A program made the position numbers and the translations under genes. The notes under the pieces are model-generated. The model did not search any database and had not been told where the DNA came from. It saw nothing but the letters and a program-made list of their open reading frames with translations. DNA of 64,000 nucleotides. Origin: an uncultured Eubacteriales bacterium. Its GTDB lineage: Bacteria > Bacillota > Clostridia > Oscillospirales > Acutalibacteraceae. Each line of letters opens with the position of its first letter. Positions within the stretch are counted from its first letter, which is position 1. Shown here in pieces: positions 1 through 8,591 of this stretch. The stretch covers positions 46,724-110,723 of the forward strand of contig CAYZTR010000001.1 of the NCBI GenBank assembly GCA_964481575.1, given 5' to 3'.

Positions 1-230
1 GTAGCATCATTGCAGATGCTGCAAAGCTCTTCTTCTGTCAGGCACTGGCAACATTTGCAGGGGTGAATTTTGGTTTTGGCTTCCAGCACGGCATTGGTAA
101 GCTGGTCGGTTTGGTCTTGGCTCAGGGACATAACGTAATACGCCATTTTTTGGGCCGATTTAAAGCCCACACTGGGAAATTTCTGAAACTGTTCAATCAG
201 ACGGTTTAGGGCGGGAATTTGATAGCTCAT
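1..230 (-). CDS. recR: Recombination protein RecR, N-terminal part (3' end runs off the window)
   Basis: Own translation of the minus strand from ATG 230..228: MSYQIPALNRLIEQFQKFPSVGFKSAQKMAYYVMSLSQDQTDQLTNAVLEAKTKIHPCKCCQCLTEEELCSICNDA. This shows the RecR helix-hairpin-helix followed by a CxxC..CxxC zinc finger. The start overlaps the ybaB stop (TGATG). The order dnaX-ybaB-recR is canonical. Confidence 0.85.
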   Translation of the reverse strand, partial: MSYQIPALNRLIEQFQKFPSVGFKSAQKMAYYVMSLSQDQTDQLTNAVLEAKTKIHPCKCCQCLTEEELCSICNDA

Positions 231-577
231 CAGAAGATCCCCGGAATGTTCATGCTGCCGGTGATGGCGCCCATTTCCTGCTCGGCGGTATCATCTACCT
301 GCTGCATGGCGTCATTGATGGCAACGGCGATCATATCTTCCAGCATTTCCACATCCTCCGGATCTACGGCGTCCGGGTTAATATGGATGGATTGGATCCG
401 ATGCTTGCCGGTGACGGTCACCGTCACCATGTCGCCGCCGGCTGTGGCGGTGTACTCCCGCTCCTCTAACTGTGCGCTGAGAGCGGACATATCCTCCTGC
501 ATCTTCTGCGCTTGCTTCAGCATGGAGTTCATATTGCCGGGGCCGCCGCCGACTCCTTTGGGTAATCTTGCTTTCAT
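230..577 (-). CDS. ybaB: YbaB/EbfC family nucleoid-associated protein
   Basis: 115-aa ORF-track protein (..GNMNSMLKQAQKMQEDM.., ..GGDMVTVTVTGKHRIQSIHINPD..). Size and motifs are typical of YbaB, and it sits between dnaX and recR. Confidence 0.9.
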   Translation of the reverse strand: MKARLPKGVGGGPGNMNSMLKQAQKMQEDMSALSAQLEEREYTATAGGDMVTVTVTGKHRIQSIHINPDAVDPEDVEMLEDMIAVAINDAMQQVDDTAEQEMGAITGSMNIPGIF

Positions 578-633
578 AAGGCATTCTCCTTTATTTCATG
601 GGATTGGATGATATGGTTTTAGGGATTTGGCCA

Positions 634-2421
634 TTAGTCTATGGTTAATTGCAGACTGCTGGCTTTCTCCAGGAATGCGTCCAGGGGGTCGCCGGGGCCG
701 GCCGTGTCCCGATCCAGTACAATTTTCAGGGATTGGCCGGTGGCTTCCAGCACTGCCCGCTGCAACAGTTCCCGATAAGTGGGGGTTTCTGCCTGGTACA
801 GCTCCCGGAACTGGGTGCTGTCGGTTTTCAGATGGAGGACACCGCTGTCCAGGCTGGCCTCCACATCGCAGGTAATGCTCCAGAACAGTTTGTCCTTTTG
901 GGAGAGGATCTCCAGCACCTCGCCCCAAGGAGTAAATTCCTGGCCGGCCACAGCGTTCGGCACGGCTTTCTGTGCAGGGGGAGCAGGGGGAGCAGGGGGC
1001 GGAACCGGCGCCGGGCAGGGTGCAACAGCTTCCGGCAGCGCGGGAGACTCCCAAGGCGGCGCATCAGGCAGCGGCGGGGCGTCCTCCGGCCAGGGAGGCG
1101 TGTCGCTGTCGGCTGGGGAGATGGGGGATGTGGTGCCCGCAGCCGAAGGCGCCGGGGGCTCCGGCGGCAGTGGGTTGGCAGGGGCCGGTGCTGGCTCCGC
1201 AGGGATCGGTGCGGCCGGAACTGTTCCTGTCGCCGCCGCAGATATGGGGGAGGGCTGCACCGATTGGCTGGAGAAACCACCGGTTTTTACGGCGGATTCC
1301 AGGGCGCCGAGCCGGGATAGAATGGCACTTTTCTCCGAACTGAGGGTTGGGTTACATAGCTTAACGATGGCCATTTCCAGCAGAGTCCGGCGATTGCCGC
1401 GGCCCATTTTGTTCAGGGTGCTTTCCAGCAGCTCCAGGGCGTAAATAATGGTATCCAGCCGCCAGTTTTCCGCCTGGATGTGCAGGAATTCCAGCTCCTG
1501 AGAAGAGCAAACCACCAGGCCGGTGGTGGATTTCAGCGTTTTGATCAGCATCAGATCCCGCAGGTGGGAGATCAGCTCTTCGCAAAGGCGAAGCATATCA
1601 ACGGAGGTGGCGTGAAGCTGGGAGATTAGTTCCAGGGCAGCGGCCACCTGATTTTTCTGCAGGTTATCCACCAGCTGGAATAAATAGTCCCGGCTGGCCA
1701 TGCCACAGATTTTGGCTACCACCTCTTCGGTGATCTGGCCGTCGCATCCGGCACAAAGATCCAGGATGGACAGGGCATCCCGCATGCCGCCGTCAGCCAA
1801 AGAAGCAATCAGATCCGCAGCCGAATCGGTTACGGATAGACCCTCCAGTTTGCAGACATGTTTGACCCGTTTGGCCAGTAGTTCGGGGGTGATCCGGTGA
1901 AAATCAAAACGCTGACACCGGGACAGAATGGTGGCAGGCAGCTTATGCACTTCGGTGGTGGCTAAGATAAAGATTACATGGGCCGGCGGTTCTTCCAGCG
2001 TTTTCAGCAGGGCGTTGAAGGCGCCGGGAGACAGCATGTGAACCTCATCAATGATATAGACCCGGTATTTTGCTGTGGAGGGGGCGTAAATCGCCTTTTC
2101 CCGCAGTTCCCGAATATCATCTACACTATTATTGGAGGCAGCGTCGATCTCCAGTACATCCATCAGGGTGCCATCATCAATGCCCCGGCAGATTTCGCAC
2201 TGGTTACAGGGTTCCCCCTCCTGAAAATGGCCGCAGCAAGCCGCCTTGGCCAACAGCTTGGCGCAGGTGGTTTTCCCCGTCCCACGGGAGCCGGTGAACA
2301 GGTAGGCATGGAAGATGCGACCGGATTTCAGCTGATTCAGCAGGGTTTGCGTCACGTGCTCCTGCCCGTACACATCCGAGAAAGTTTGAGGGCGATATTT
2401 TCGATAGAGTGCCTGATACAT
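634..2421 (-). CDS. dnaX: DNA polymerase III subunit gamma/tau
   Basis: Motifs present: YRPQTFSDVYGQEHV, Walker A GSRGTGKTT, Zn module CGHFQEGEPCNQCEIC, IIDEVHMLS, ILSRCQRF. The start is set at ATG 2421, preceded by GGAGGGAGG. The 70 extra N-terminal codons of track ORF 634..2631 overlap the SRP RNA and were discarded. A Pro/Ala-rich linker lies at about 950..1250. Confidence 0.95.
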   Translation of the reverse strand: MYQALYRKYRPQTFSDVYGQEHVTQTLLNQLKSGRIFHAYLFTGSRGTGKTTCAKLLAKAACCGHFQEGEPCNQCEICRGIDDGTLMDVLEIDAASNNSVDDIRELREKAIYAPSTAKYRVYIIDEVHMLSPGAFNALLKTLEEPPAHVIFILATTEVHKLPATILSRCQRFDFHRITPELLAKRVKHVCKLEGLSVTDSAADLIASLADGGMRDALSILDLCAGCDGQITEEVVAKICGMASRDYLFQLVDNLQKNQVAAALELISQLHATSVDMLRLCEELISHLRDLMLIKTLKSTTGLVVCSSQELEFLHIQAENWRLDTIIYALELLESTLNKMGRGNRRTLLEMAIVKLCNPTLSSEKSAILSRLGALESAVKTGGFSSQSVQPSPISAAATGTVPAAPIPAEPAPAPANPLPPEPPAPSAAGTTSPISPADSDTPPWPEDAPPLPDAPPWESPALPEAVAPCPAPVPPPAPPAPPAQKAVPNAVAGQEFTPWGEVLEILSQKDKLFWSITCDVEASLDSGVLHLKTDSTQFRELYQAETPTYRELLQRAVLEATGQSLKIVLDRDTAGPGDPLDAFLEKASSLQLTID

Positions 2422-2469
2422 GAAGAGCCTCCCTCCGCTGCACGTTGGCCGGCAGCATGCGCCGACTTT

Positions 2470-2500
2470 AAAAAAATACAGAGCCACCGTCCGGAGACGG
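2470..2500 (-). terminator. Intrinsic terminator after the SRP RNA
   Basis: Minus strand reads CCGTCTCCGGACGG (short stem-loop), then TGGCTCTGTATTTTTTT. Confidence 0.5.
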
Positions 2501-2668
2501 AAGAAACATAACCTCGAGGGTGCAAGCGAACAGATGGACTGCAGCACACGGGAATTGCCGCTTAATGCTGCTCGGTTCCCCGCCTGACATGATTCGCGGA
2601 ATCCCATCGCACAGGATCCGCTCGTTTGCACGCTCGAAGCGATGTTTTAGCTCTGTAATCTGAATCTG
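2495..2668 (-). ncRNA. ffs: Signal recognition particle RNA (4.5S/scRNA-like, short form); ends approximate
   Basis: Minus strand contains CATGTCAGGCGGGGAACCGAGCAGCATTAAGCGG. This matches the conserved SRP helix-8 motif (GUCAGG..GGAA tetraloop..AGCAGC, compare B. subtilis CAUGUCAGGUCCGGAAGGAAGCAGCAUUAAG). The flanks form a long imperfect helix (5' CGAGCGTGCAAACGAGCGGAT pairs with ATCTGTTCGCTTGCACCCTCG). The position immediately upstream of dnaX matches B. subtilis scr-dnaX. Confidence 0.8.
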
Positions 2669-2674
2669 TCAATC

Positions 2675-2703
2675 ATTATAACCGATTTGCGCCCAGTTTA
2701 CAA
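2675..2703 (-). promoter_or_regulatory. Sigma-A type promoter of the SRP RNA
   Basis: Minus strand reads TTGTAA-17 nt-TATAAT (-35 at 2698..2703, -10 at 2675..2680). Confidence 0.6.
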
Positions 2704-2879
2704 CTATTATTTTCAGATTCTTGCAAAATTTCTTGGATAAAAAGGTTGTGTATCTGCGGCTTTTTTGGTAGAATAAAGATAAATTTTTCGCTAAAGTTTT
2801 CTGTGGCGCCAAGGTGGCTTGGATCTGTCCGACTGCCCGCCATGGTGACCTACCTGCGAAATGGATATGGAGCAGTCTT

Positions 2880-3515
2880 ATGATCGGAATTGTGGATTAC
2901 GGTGCCGGGAACCTGAAAAGCGTGGAAAATGCTTTGCAGCATTTGGGTGCGGCCTGGAAGCTGGTGCATACGCCAGCGGATATGGCGTCAGTTTCCGGCT
3001 TGATTTTGCCGGGGGTCGGCTCCTTTGGCGATGCCATGGAGCAGTTGGAGCGGCAGGGGCTTTGCCAGGCGCTGCGGGAATACACCGCCGTGGGGCGGCC
3101 TTTTTTGGGCATTTGTCTGGGGCTACAGCTGCTGTTTGAATATAGTGAGGAAAGCCCCGGTGTTCAGGGACTGGGCATTTTCCGAGGCGGATTTCACCGG
3201 ATCCCGGCAGAGGGGTTAAAGGTACCTCAAATCGGGTGGAACAGTTTGGAGATCCGCCGGCCGGACAGCATCTTTGCCGCTGTCCCGGACGGAACCTTTG
3301 CCTATTTTGTCCATTCCTATTACCTGAACGCCACTGACCGGGAGGAAGTGGCGGCCACCTGCCGGTACGGGGTTTCCATTGACGCTGCTGTGGAGCGGGG
3401 TCGGGTATCAGCCTGCCAGTTCCATCCGGAAAAGAGCGGCGAAGCCGGCGGGAAGATCTTGGCGGCGTTTTTGGCTCGATGTGACGCTTATGCAAAGGAG
3501 GCGGGGCTATGTTAG
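2880..3515 (+). CDS. hisH: Imidazole glycerol phosphate synthase, glutamine amidotransferase subunit HisH
   Basis: Motifs [34 protein letters not shown] (nucleophile Cys), VHSYY and QFHPEKS. The in-frame ATG at 2880 was chosen inside track ORF 2814..3515. Confidence 0.9.
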   Translation: MIGIVDYGAGNLKSVENALQHLGAAWKLVHTPADMASVSGLILPGVGSFGDAMEQLERQGLCQALREYTAVGRPFLGICLGLQLLFEYSEESPGVQGLGIFRGGFHRIPAEGLKVPQIGWNSLEIRRPDSIFAAVPDGTFAYFVHSYYLNATDREEVAATCRYGVSIDAAVERGRVSACQFHPEKSGEAGGKILAAFLARCDAYAKEAGLC

Positions 3516-4273
3516 CCAAACGAATCATTCCCTGTCTGGATATCAAGAACGGGCGGGTGGTCAAGGGCGTTAGCTTCGTTAACCTGGTGGACGCCGGCGA
3601 TCCGGTAGCCTGTGCCAAAGCATATTACGAAAGCGGCGCCGATGAGCTGGTGCTGCTGGACATTACCGCTTCCTATGAGGCCCGGAAAACCATTTTGGAT
3701 GTGGTCACCGGCGTGGCCGAATCCATTTTCATCCCCTTTACGGTAGGGGGCGGCATCAGTCAGGTGGCGGATTTTACTGCTCTGCTTCGGGCCGGTGCTG
3801 ATAAGGTGTCGGTAAACTCGGCGGCGGTGAAAAATCCCGACCTGATCAACGGTGCGGCTTATAAATTTGGCAGTCAATGTGTCGTGCTGGCTATTGATGC
3901 CAAGCGAAAGGCAGATGGGTCTGGCTTTGAGGTATACATTAACGGCGGCCGGGTACCCACCGGTTTGGATGCTGTCCAATGGGCGGTGGAAGGTGTTCGC
4001 CGGGGCGCCGGTGAGATCCTGCTGACCTCCATGGACGAGGATGGCCAAAAGCAGGGCTACGACCTGGAACTGACCAAAGCGGTCAGCGATAGCGTGGGCG
4101 TGCCAGTTATTGCCAGTGGCGGCGCCGGTTGTATGCAGGATTTTGCCGATGCTTTTCAGGCGGGGCATGCCGATGCGGCGCTGGCGGCCTCCCTATTTCA
4201 TTTTAAAGAGCTGGAAATCGGGACTCTGAAGCAATACCTGCGGGAGCAGGGCATTGCCGTCCGGATGGAGTAA
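3509..4273 (+). CDS. hisF: Imidazole glycerol phosphate synthase cyclase subunit HisF
   Basis: Motifs [45 protein letters not shown] and [15 protein letters not shown]. It overlaps the hisH stop. Confidence 0.93.
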   Translation: MLAKRIIPCLDIKNGRVVKGVSFVNLVDAGDPVACAKAYYESGADELVLLDITASYEARKTILDVVTGVAESIFIPFTVGGGISQVADFTALLRAGADKVSVNSAAVKNPDLINGAAYKFGSQCVVLAIDAKRKADGSGFEVYINGGRVPTGLDAVQWAVEGVRRGAGEILLTSMDEDGQKQGYDLELTKAVSDSVGVPVIASGGAGCMQDFADAFQAGHADAALAASLFHFKELEIGTLKQYLREQGIAVRME

Positions 4274-4286
4274 AGGAGAAATTCAT

Positions 4287-4961
4287 ATGTCAAAATTTAC
4301 ACCCAATGCATACATTTCCATGAAGCATACCATTGCGGCGCCGCTGTTGGAATCGGTGGCGGTGATCTGGGAGGCTCTGCCCCAAATCGGCGCCTTTATT
4401 CTGGCACTGGGGGAGACTCTGCCGGAGGAGGGATTCCTGCGGCGAGGGGAGAATATCTGGATTGCCAAAGACGCCGATGTGTTTGATTCGGCCTATATTG
4501 CCGGCCCCTGCATCATCGACCATGGTGCTCAGATACGGCACTGTGCCTTTATCCGTGGGAACGCCATTGTAGGAAAAAACTGTGTTGTGGGCAATTCCAC
4601 CGAGCTGAAAAATGTGATCCTTTCGGACAATGTTCAGGTGCCCCACTACAATTATGTGGGAGATTCCATTTTAGGATTCAAAGCCCATTTGGGCGCCGGG
4701 TCCATAACCTCCAATGTCAAGTCCGACAAGACGCTGGTGACGGTGCGGGATGCCGATGTTCGGGTGGAAACTGAGCTGAAAAAAATGGGCGCCATTGTGG
4801 GGGATCACGTGGAGGTTGGCTGCGGTTCGGTGCTGAATCCGGGCACGGTGATCGGTCGTTGCTCCACCATCTATCCCTTGTCTATGGTGCGGGGGGTTAT
4901 TCCGGCCCACAGCATTTATAAACACCAGGGCGAAGTGGTAGCCAGGCGGGAGAATCTGTAA
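4287..4961 (+). CDS. Hexapeptide-repeat (left-handed beta-helix) transferase-like protein; specific function unknown
   Basis: Repeated [LIV]-G-x-x-x-x pattern (IRGNAIVGKNCVVGNSTELKNVILSDNVQV.., VGDHVEVGCGSVLNPGTVIG). ATG 4287 follows AAAGGAG. Confidence 0.7.
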   Translation: MSKFTPNAYISMKHTIAAPLLESVAVIWEALPQIGAFILALGETLPEEGFLRRGENIWIAKDADVFDSAYIAGPCIIDHGAQIRHCAFIRGNAIVGKNCVVGNSTELKNVILSDNVQVPHYNYVGDSILGFKAHLGAGSITSNVKSDKTLVTVRDADVRVETELKKMGAIVGDHVEVGCGSVLNPGTVIGRCSTIYPLSMVRGVIPAHSIYKHQGEVVARRENL

Positions 4962-5074
4962 CACCGGGAACCAAAAGCTGTGGCAAAATCTACGGCAAAT
5001 CAAAAATAGTTTGCGTTTTGTTCAAAAATAGGATATAATAATATGATAAGATAGGATAGAAAGGGGGCAACTGC

Positions 5075-5602
5075 ATGGAACGCTGGGATATTTTTACGGC
5101 AGACGGTCTGCCTACCGGCAAAACAGTAGTGCGGGGCAACGTGCGGTTGAGCCCCGGAGAGTATCATCTGGTGGTACATATCTGGGTTTTGGCGCCGGAT
5201 GGCCGTTTGCTGATCCAGCGACGTTCGGATACCAAAGAGCTAATGGCAGGCGAATGGGCTGCCATCGGCGGTGCGGCTGTGGCCGGGGAGGATTCTCTGA
5301 CGGCAGCCAAGCGGGAGCTACAGGAGGAAATGGGCATCAATGCAGATGAACAGCGGATGACCCTGATGCATCGGATTGTCCGGAAGAACTCCTTTGTCGA
5401 TCTGTATCTGTGCCAGGCGGATGTTACTCTGGATATGTTGACGCTGCAGGAATCCGAAGTGGCGGAGGCCATGTGGGTGACACCGGATGAACTGGAGCAG
5501 ATGATTGCCGATGGGAATTATCATAACTATGGCAGTGATTATTTTGAATTGGTGCTGGCCTTTGTGCGCCAGGTTATCCAAGGGGAGGAGGTGCCCCGAT
5601 GA
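5075..5602 (+). CDS. NUDIX hydrolase
   Basis: Nudix box GGAAVAGEDSLTAAKRELQEEMGI (GX5EX7REUXEEXGU). Confidence 0.85.
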   Translation: MERWDIFTADGLPTGKTVVRGNVRLSPGEYHLVVHIWVLAPDGRLLIQRRSDTKELMAGEWAAIGGAAVAGEDSLTAAKRELQEEMGINADEQRMTLMHRIVRKNSFVDLYLCQADVTLDMLTLQESEVAEAMWVTPDELEQMIADGNYHNYGSDYFELVLAFVRQVIQGEEVPR

Positions 5603-6546
5603 GTTATCAGGTAGAGGGGCAGGATTGCCCCATTTGCAAGAGCCATTTGTTTGAAGACGATGACGTGGTGGTCTGCCCTGTTTGCGGCGCTCCCCATCAT
5701 CGGTCCTGTTACCAGAGTTTGGGGCATTGTGGTCTGGAAGCCCTGCATGGTACGCCCGAGCAATACCGTTCCCCTGTGGCGAAAGAGGCAGAGGAGGAAG
5801 CAGTAGACCGGCCCCATTGTGCCAACTGTGGGTTCCCCCTGTCCGGAACCGGACGGTACTGTCCCCGCTGCGGGCGCCCGGTGGAGGGCGATTCTGCCCG
5901 GAGCGGGTCGGCTCAGCCGCCCTATGCAGTGCAGTTTCGCGGTATTTCGGTGGACCCTTTAGGGGGCGTGCCGCCCCGGGAGGAGTTCGATGGGATTCCC
6001 GCTATAGAGGTAGCCAAGTTTGTCAATGTAAACACCCCCAGGTATTTGCCGGTGTTTCGCCGCCTGCAACAGGGAAAGAAGCTTAGCTGGAACTGGGCGG
6101 CCTTTTTGTTCCCGGAAGGGTGGCTGTTTTACCGAAAGTGTTATAAAGAAGGGTTTCTGTTTTTATTGCTTTCGGTGTTATCCTGGGCTTTGACGATGCC
6201 TTTTTTGGTGTTTGTCAGCGGGTTGCCGGTGCAGTCTAATGTCACTATGGAGCAGATGTATGCTCTGGTGGCATCCGCGGTGGAAGGGGGCCAGGTGACC
6301 TTGGGCATGATGGCTGCAACCTATGCAGGTTTGCTGCTAATGCTGGTTTATCGGATTTTGTGCGGCATTCTGGGCGACCGGATGTACAAAACCCATTGTC
6401 TTGAGAAAATCCATACCATGCGGGAGGAACTGGAGGATTATGAGGAGTTTTTGCCCCGTTACGGTAGCGTCAGTCTCGTCCTTTTAGTGGTATTCTTTTT
6501 TATCAGCCAGTATATTCCCAATTTGCTGCTGAGTTTTCTCTTATAA
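5599..6546 (+). CDS. Zinc-ribbon / DUF2628-like membrane protein
   Basis: The N-terminus has CPIC..CPVCGAPHH..C..C and CANCG..CPRCG cysteine pairs. The C-terminal half has WNWAAFLFPEGWLFYRKCY followed by hydrophobic helices (DUF2628-like). The start overlaps the Nudix stop (ATGA). Confidence 0.65.
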   Translation: MSYQVEGQDCPICKSHLFEDDDVVVCPVCGAPHHRSCYQSLGHCGLEALHGTPEQYRSPVAKEAEEEAVDRPHCANCGFPLSGTGRYCPRCGRPVEGDSARSGSAQPPYAVQFRGISVDPLGGVPPREEFDGIPAIEVAKFVNVNTPRYLPVFRRLQQGKKLSWNWAAFLFPEGWLFYRKCYKEGFLFLLLSVLSWALTMPFLVFVSGLPVQSNVTMEQMYALVASAVEGGQVTLGMMAATYAGLLLMLVYRILCGILGDRMYKTHCLEKIHTMREELEDYEEFLPRYGSVSLVLLVVFFFISQYIPNLLLSFLL

Positions 6547-6597
6547 AGCTGATTTTAAGTATGTGATAAATCTATTTTGAAAGAAAGCGGTGTTTTT

Positions 6598-7470
6598 ATG
6601 AAAGTGCGTAAAGCGGTAATCCCCGCTGCTGGGTTGGGGACTCGTGTACTCCCTGCGTCCAAGGCAGTTCCTAAGGAAATGCTGAATATTGTGGATAAGC
6701 CGGCGATTCAGTACATTGTGGAGGAAGCTGTTGCTGCCGGGATCACCGATATTTTGATTATTACTAACCGGGGCAAGAGCGTTATGGAGGACCATTTCGA
6801 CCATGCCTTTGAGTTGGAGGCCAATTTGGCTGGAAAGGCCGGAAAAGAGGAAATTCTGGCTCAGGTGGAGGCCGTTTCCCATTTGGCTAACATTTTCTTC
6901 ATCCGGCAGAAAGAGACCAAAGGATTGGGACATGCCATCCTTTGCGCCCAACAGTTTGTGGGGGACGAGCCTTTTGCCGTGCTTTACGGCGATGATGTGA
7001 TCGTTGGGGAGGTTCCTGCCACAGCCGAACTGTGTGCTGCTTATGAAAAGTACGGAAAAGGGGTTGTTGGGATTCGGGAGGTTTCGGAGGAGGCTATCCA
7101 GAAGTACAGCTCGCTGGCGGTTTCTCCTCTGGAGGAGACGGTGTTTGCCGTATCGGATATGATTGAAAAGCCCAAGCCGGCGGAAATTCTGTCCCTTTAT
7201 TCCATTCTGGGCCGCTGTGTGCTGCCACCGGAAATTTTTGGAATCCTGCAGAATACCCCTATGGGTGTGGGCGGTGAATTGCAGCTGACTGATGCCATGA
7301 AAATTCTGGCCCGCACAGTGGGGATGACTGGCGTGGCCTTCAGCGGTACCCGGTATGATATGGGCAATAAGCTGGGGATTTTGCAGGCCAATGTGGAGAT
7401 CGGCCTGCAGCACCCTGAAATCGGGGATGCGTTCCGAGCCTATTTAAAGGAATTGGCTAAGACGCTGTAA
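6598..7470 (+). CDS. galU: UTP--glucose-1-phosphate uridylyltransferase
   Basis: Motifs KAVIPAAGLGTRVLPASKAVPKEMLNIVDKPAIQYIVEEA, LGHAIL and YDMGNKLG. ATG 6598 was preferred over TTG 6577. Confidence 0.92.
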   Translation: MKVRKAVIPAAGLGTRVLPASKAVPKEMLNIVDKPAIQYIVEEAVAAGITDILIITNRGKSVMEDHFDHAFELEANLAGKAGKEEILAQVEAVSHLANIFFIRQKETKGLGHAILCAQQFVGDEPFAVLYGDDVIVGEVPATAELCAAYEKYGKGVVGIREVSEEAIQKYSSLAVSPLEETVFAVSDMIEKPKPAEILSLYSILGRCVLPPEIFGILQNTPMGVGGELQLTDAMKILARTVGMTGVAFSGTRYDMGNKLGILQANVEIGLQHPEIGDAFRAYLKELAKTL

Positions 7471-7504
7471 CCGGATTTGCCGCAGCTGGTTTCTTTTCCT
7501 TCCA

Positions 7505-7556
7505 AACAAAACGGGCCGCCGTTGGGAATGCTTCCCACGGCGGCCCATTTTGTTTG
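7505..7556. terminator. Bidirectional intrinsic terminator between convergent galU and the AbrB-like gene
   Basis: GGGCCGCCGTTGGGAA-TG-CTTCCCACGGCGGCCC hairpin, flanked by an A-rich run (aaacaaaac) and a T-rich run (attttgtttg). Confidence 0.8.
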
Positions 7557-7563
7557 TTAAATT

Positions 7564-7986
7564 TCAGCGGGAATACTGGTTGAGCTGGTTCTCCAGGGCT
7601 TCGTACAGATGGCGGATGCAATCCGCACAGACGGCGTGACCGCCGTATTGCAGGATACCCATATTGCCGCAAAAGCAACAGGTACTGCGATGCTTTTTCA
7701 AAATCAGACGGTCTTGATCCAGAAACAGATCCAGTGTATCCTCGCCGTCTCGCAGAGACAGATGGTTTCGCATGGATTTGGGAAGGACTATACGCCCCTG
7801 TGCATCCATGTGCCGCAGCAAACCGGCGGCAGTATCGCCGCCTGCACTGATAAAAATCATTTGTTCCTCGGTGGTAATGCTGACTGCATCGGTGCCGGCC
7901 TGCAGATTCCATTTCTCCCGGATATCTTTGGGGATAGAGATGCGTCCGGCGCGATCCAGATGATAACTGTAAAAAATTTGCTGCAT
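7564..7986 (-). CDS. Tandem SpoVT/AbrB-domain protein with C-terminal zinc ribbon
   Basis: Two AbrB-like swapped-hairpin signatures (LDRAGRISIPKDIREKWNL, MDAQGRIVLPKSMRNHLSL), followed by CCFCG..(13)..CADC. Confidence 0.7.
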   Translation of the reverse strand: MQQIFYSYHLDRAGRISIPKDIREKWNLQAGTDAVSITTEEQMIFISAGGDTAAGLLRHMDAQGRIVLPKSMRNHLSLRDGEDTLDLFLDQDRLILKKHRSTCCFCGNMGILQYGGHAVCADCIRHLYEALENQLNQYSR

Positions 7987-8108
7987 AAGGCACTTCCTTT
8001 CTCCTGCTTATTATAACGCGGGTTGACGTCATTGTCAATATTTGGTGAAAATGCTTACGGGTTGTCATTTTTTAACAGATAAAAGCCGCTGGTACCGAAG
8101 CAAGAGGA

Positions 8109-8591
8109 TTATTTGTGATAAGCGCTGCCTTCGTTGATTTTGAAGGCGCGATAAATTTGCTCCAGCAGCATAATCCGGGCAAGCTGGTGGGGAAAGGTCA
8201 TGCGTGACATGGAAAGCTGCCGCGTTCCGGCCTGCTTCACCCTGTCGGACAGGCCATAGGAACTGCCGATAATAAAAATCAAATGTCCCTGGCCGGACAG
8301 GGCGGCCCGATCCACCATCGCAGCCAATTCCTGGCTGGTGCAGCCCTTCCCCTCAATGCAAAGGGGGAAAACGGCGGCGCCGGCAGGAATTTTAGCCAGG
8401 ATGCGTTTGCCTTCGGTTTCCAGGGCGGTCTGGATTTCCGCCTCCGAAGGGTGGTCAGGCAGCCTGACCGGATCCAGCTCGATGCATTGGAATTTGCATA
8501 GTCCCGACAGCCGCTTTTCGTATTCGGCGGCGGCACTGCGCAAATAGGATTCCTTGAGTTTCCCCATGGCCAGGAGGGTTACTTTTATCAT
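8109..8591 (-). CDS. rlmH: 23S rRNA (pseudouridine1915-N3)-methyltransferase RlmH
   Basis: MIKVTLLAMGKLKESYLRSAAAEYEKRL.., IFIIGSSYGLS and MTFPHQLARIMLLEQIYRAF; 160 codons. ATG 8591 overlaps the stop of the upstream MBL gene (ATGA). The rest of track ORF 8109..8786 was discarded. Confidence 0.92.
   Translation of the reverse strand: MIKVTLLAMGKLKESYLRSAAAEYEKRLSGLCKFQCIELDPVRLPDHPSEAEIQTALETEGKRILAKIPAGAAVFPLCIEGKGCTSQELAAMVDRAALSGQGHLIFIIGSSYGLSDRVKQAGTRQLSMSRMTFPHQLARIMLLEQIYRAFKINEGSAYHK

Noticed and set aside
596-1444. Cluster of overlapping ORFs in several frames (596..1054-, 649..1320+, 779..1444+, 828..1280-, 972..1343+)
   Set aside because: All lie over the Pro/Ala-rich linker of dnaX. 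Repetitive GC-rich codons keep every frame open, and none has an RBS or a recognisable motif.
2422-2631. 70-codon N-terminal extension of the dnaX ORF
   Set aside because: The canonical DnaX N-terminus (MYQALYRKYRPQTF) starts at 2421 with a strong RBS. The extension overlaps the SRP RNA and its terminator.
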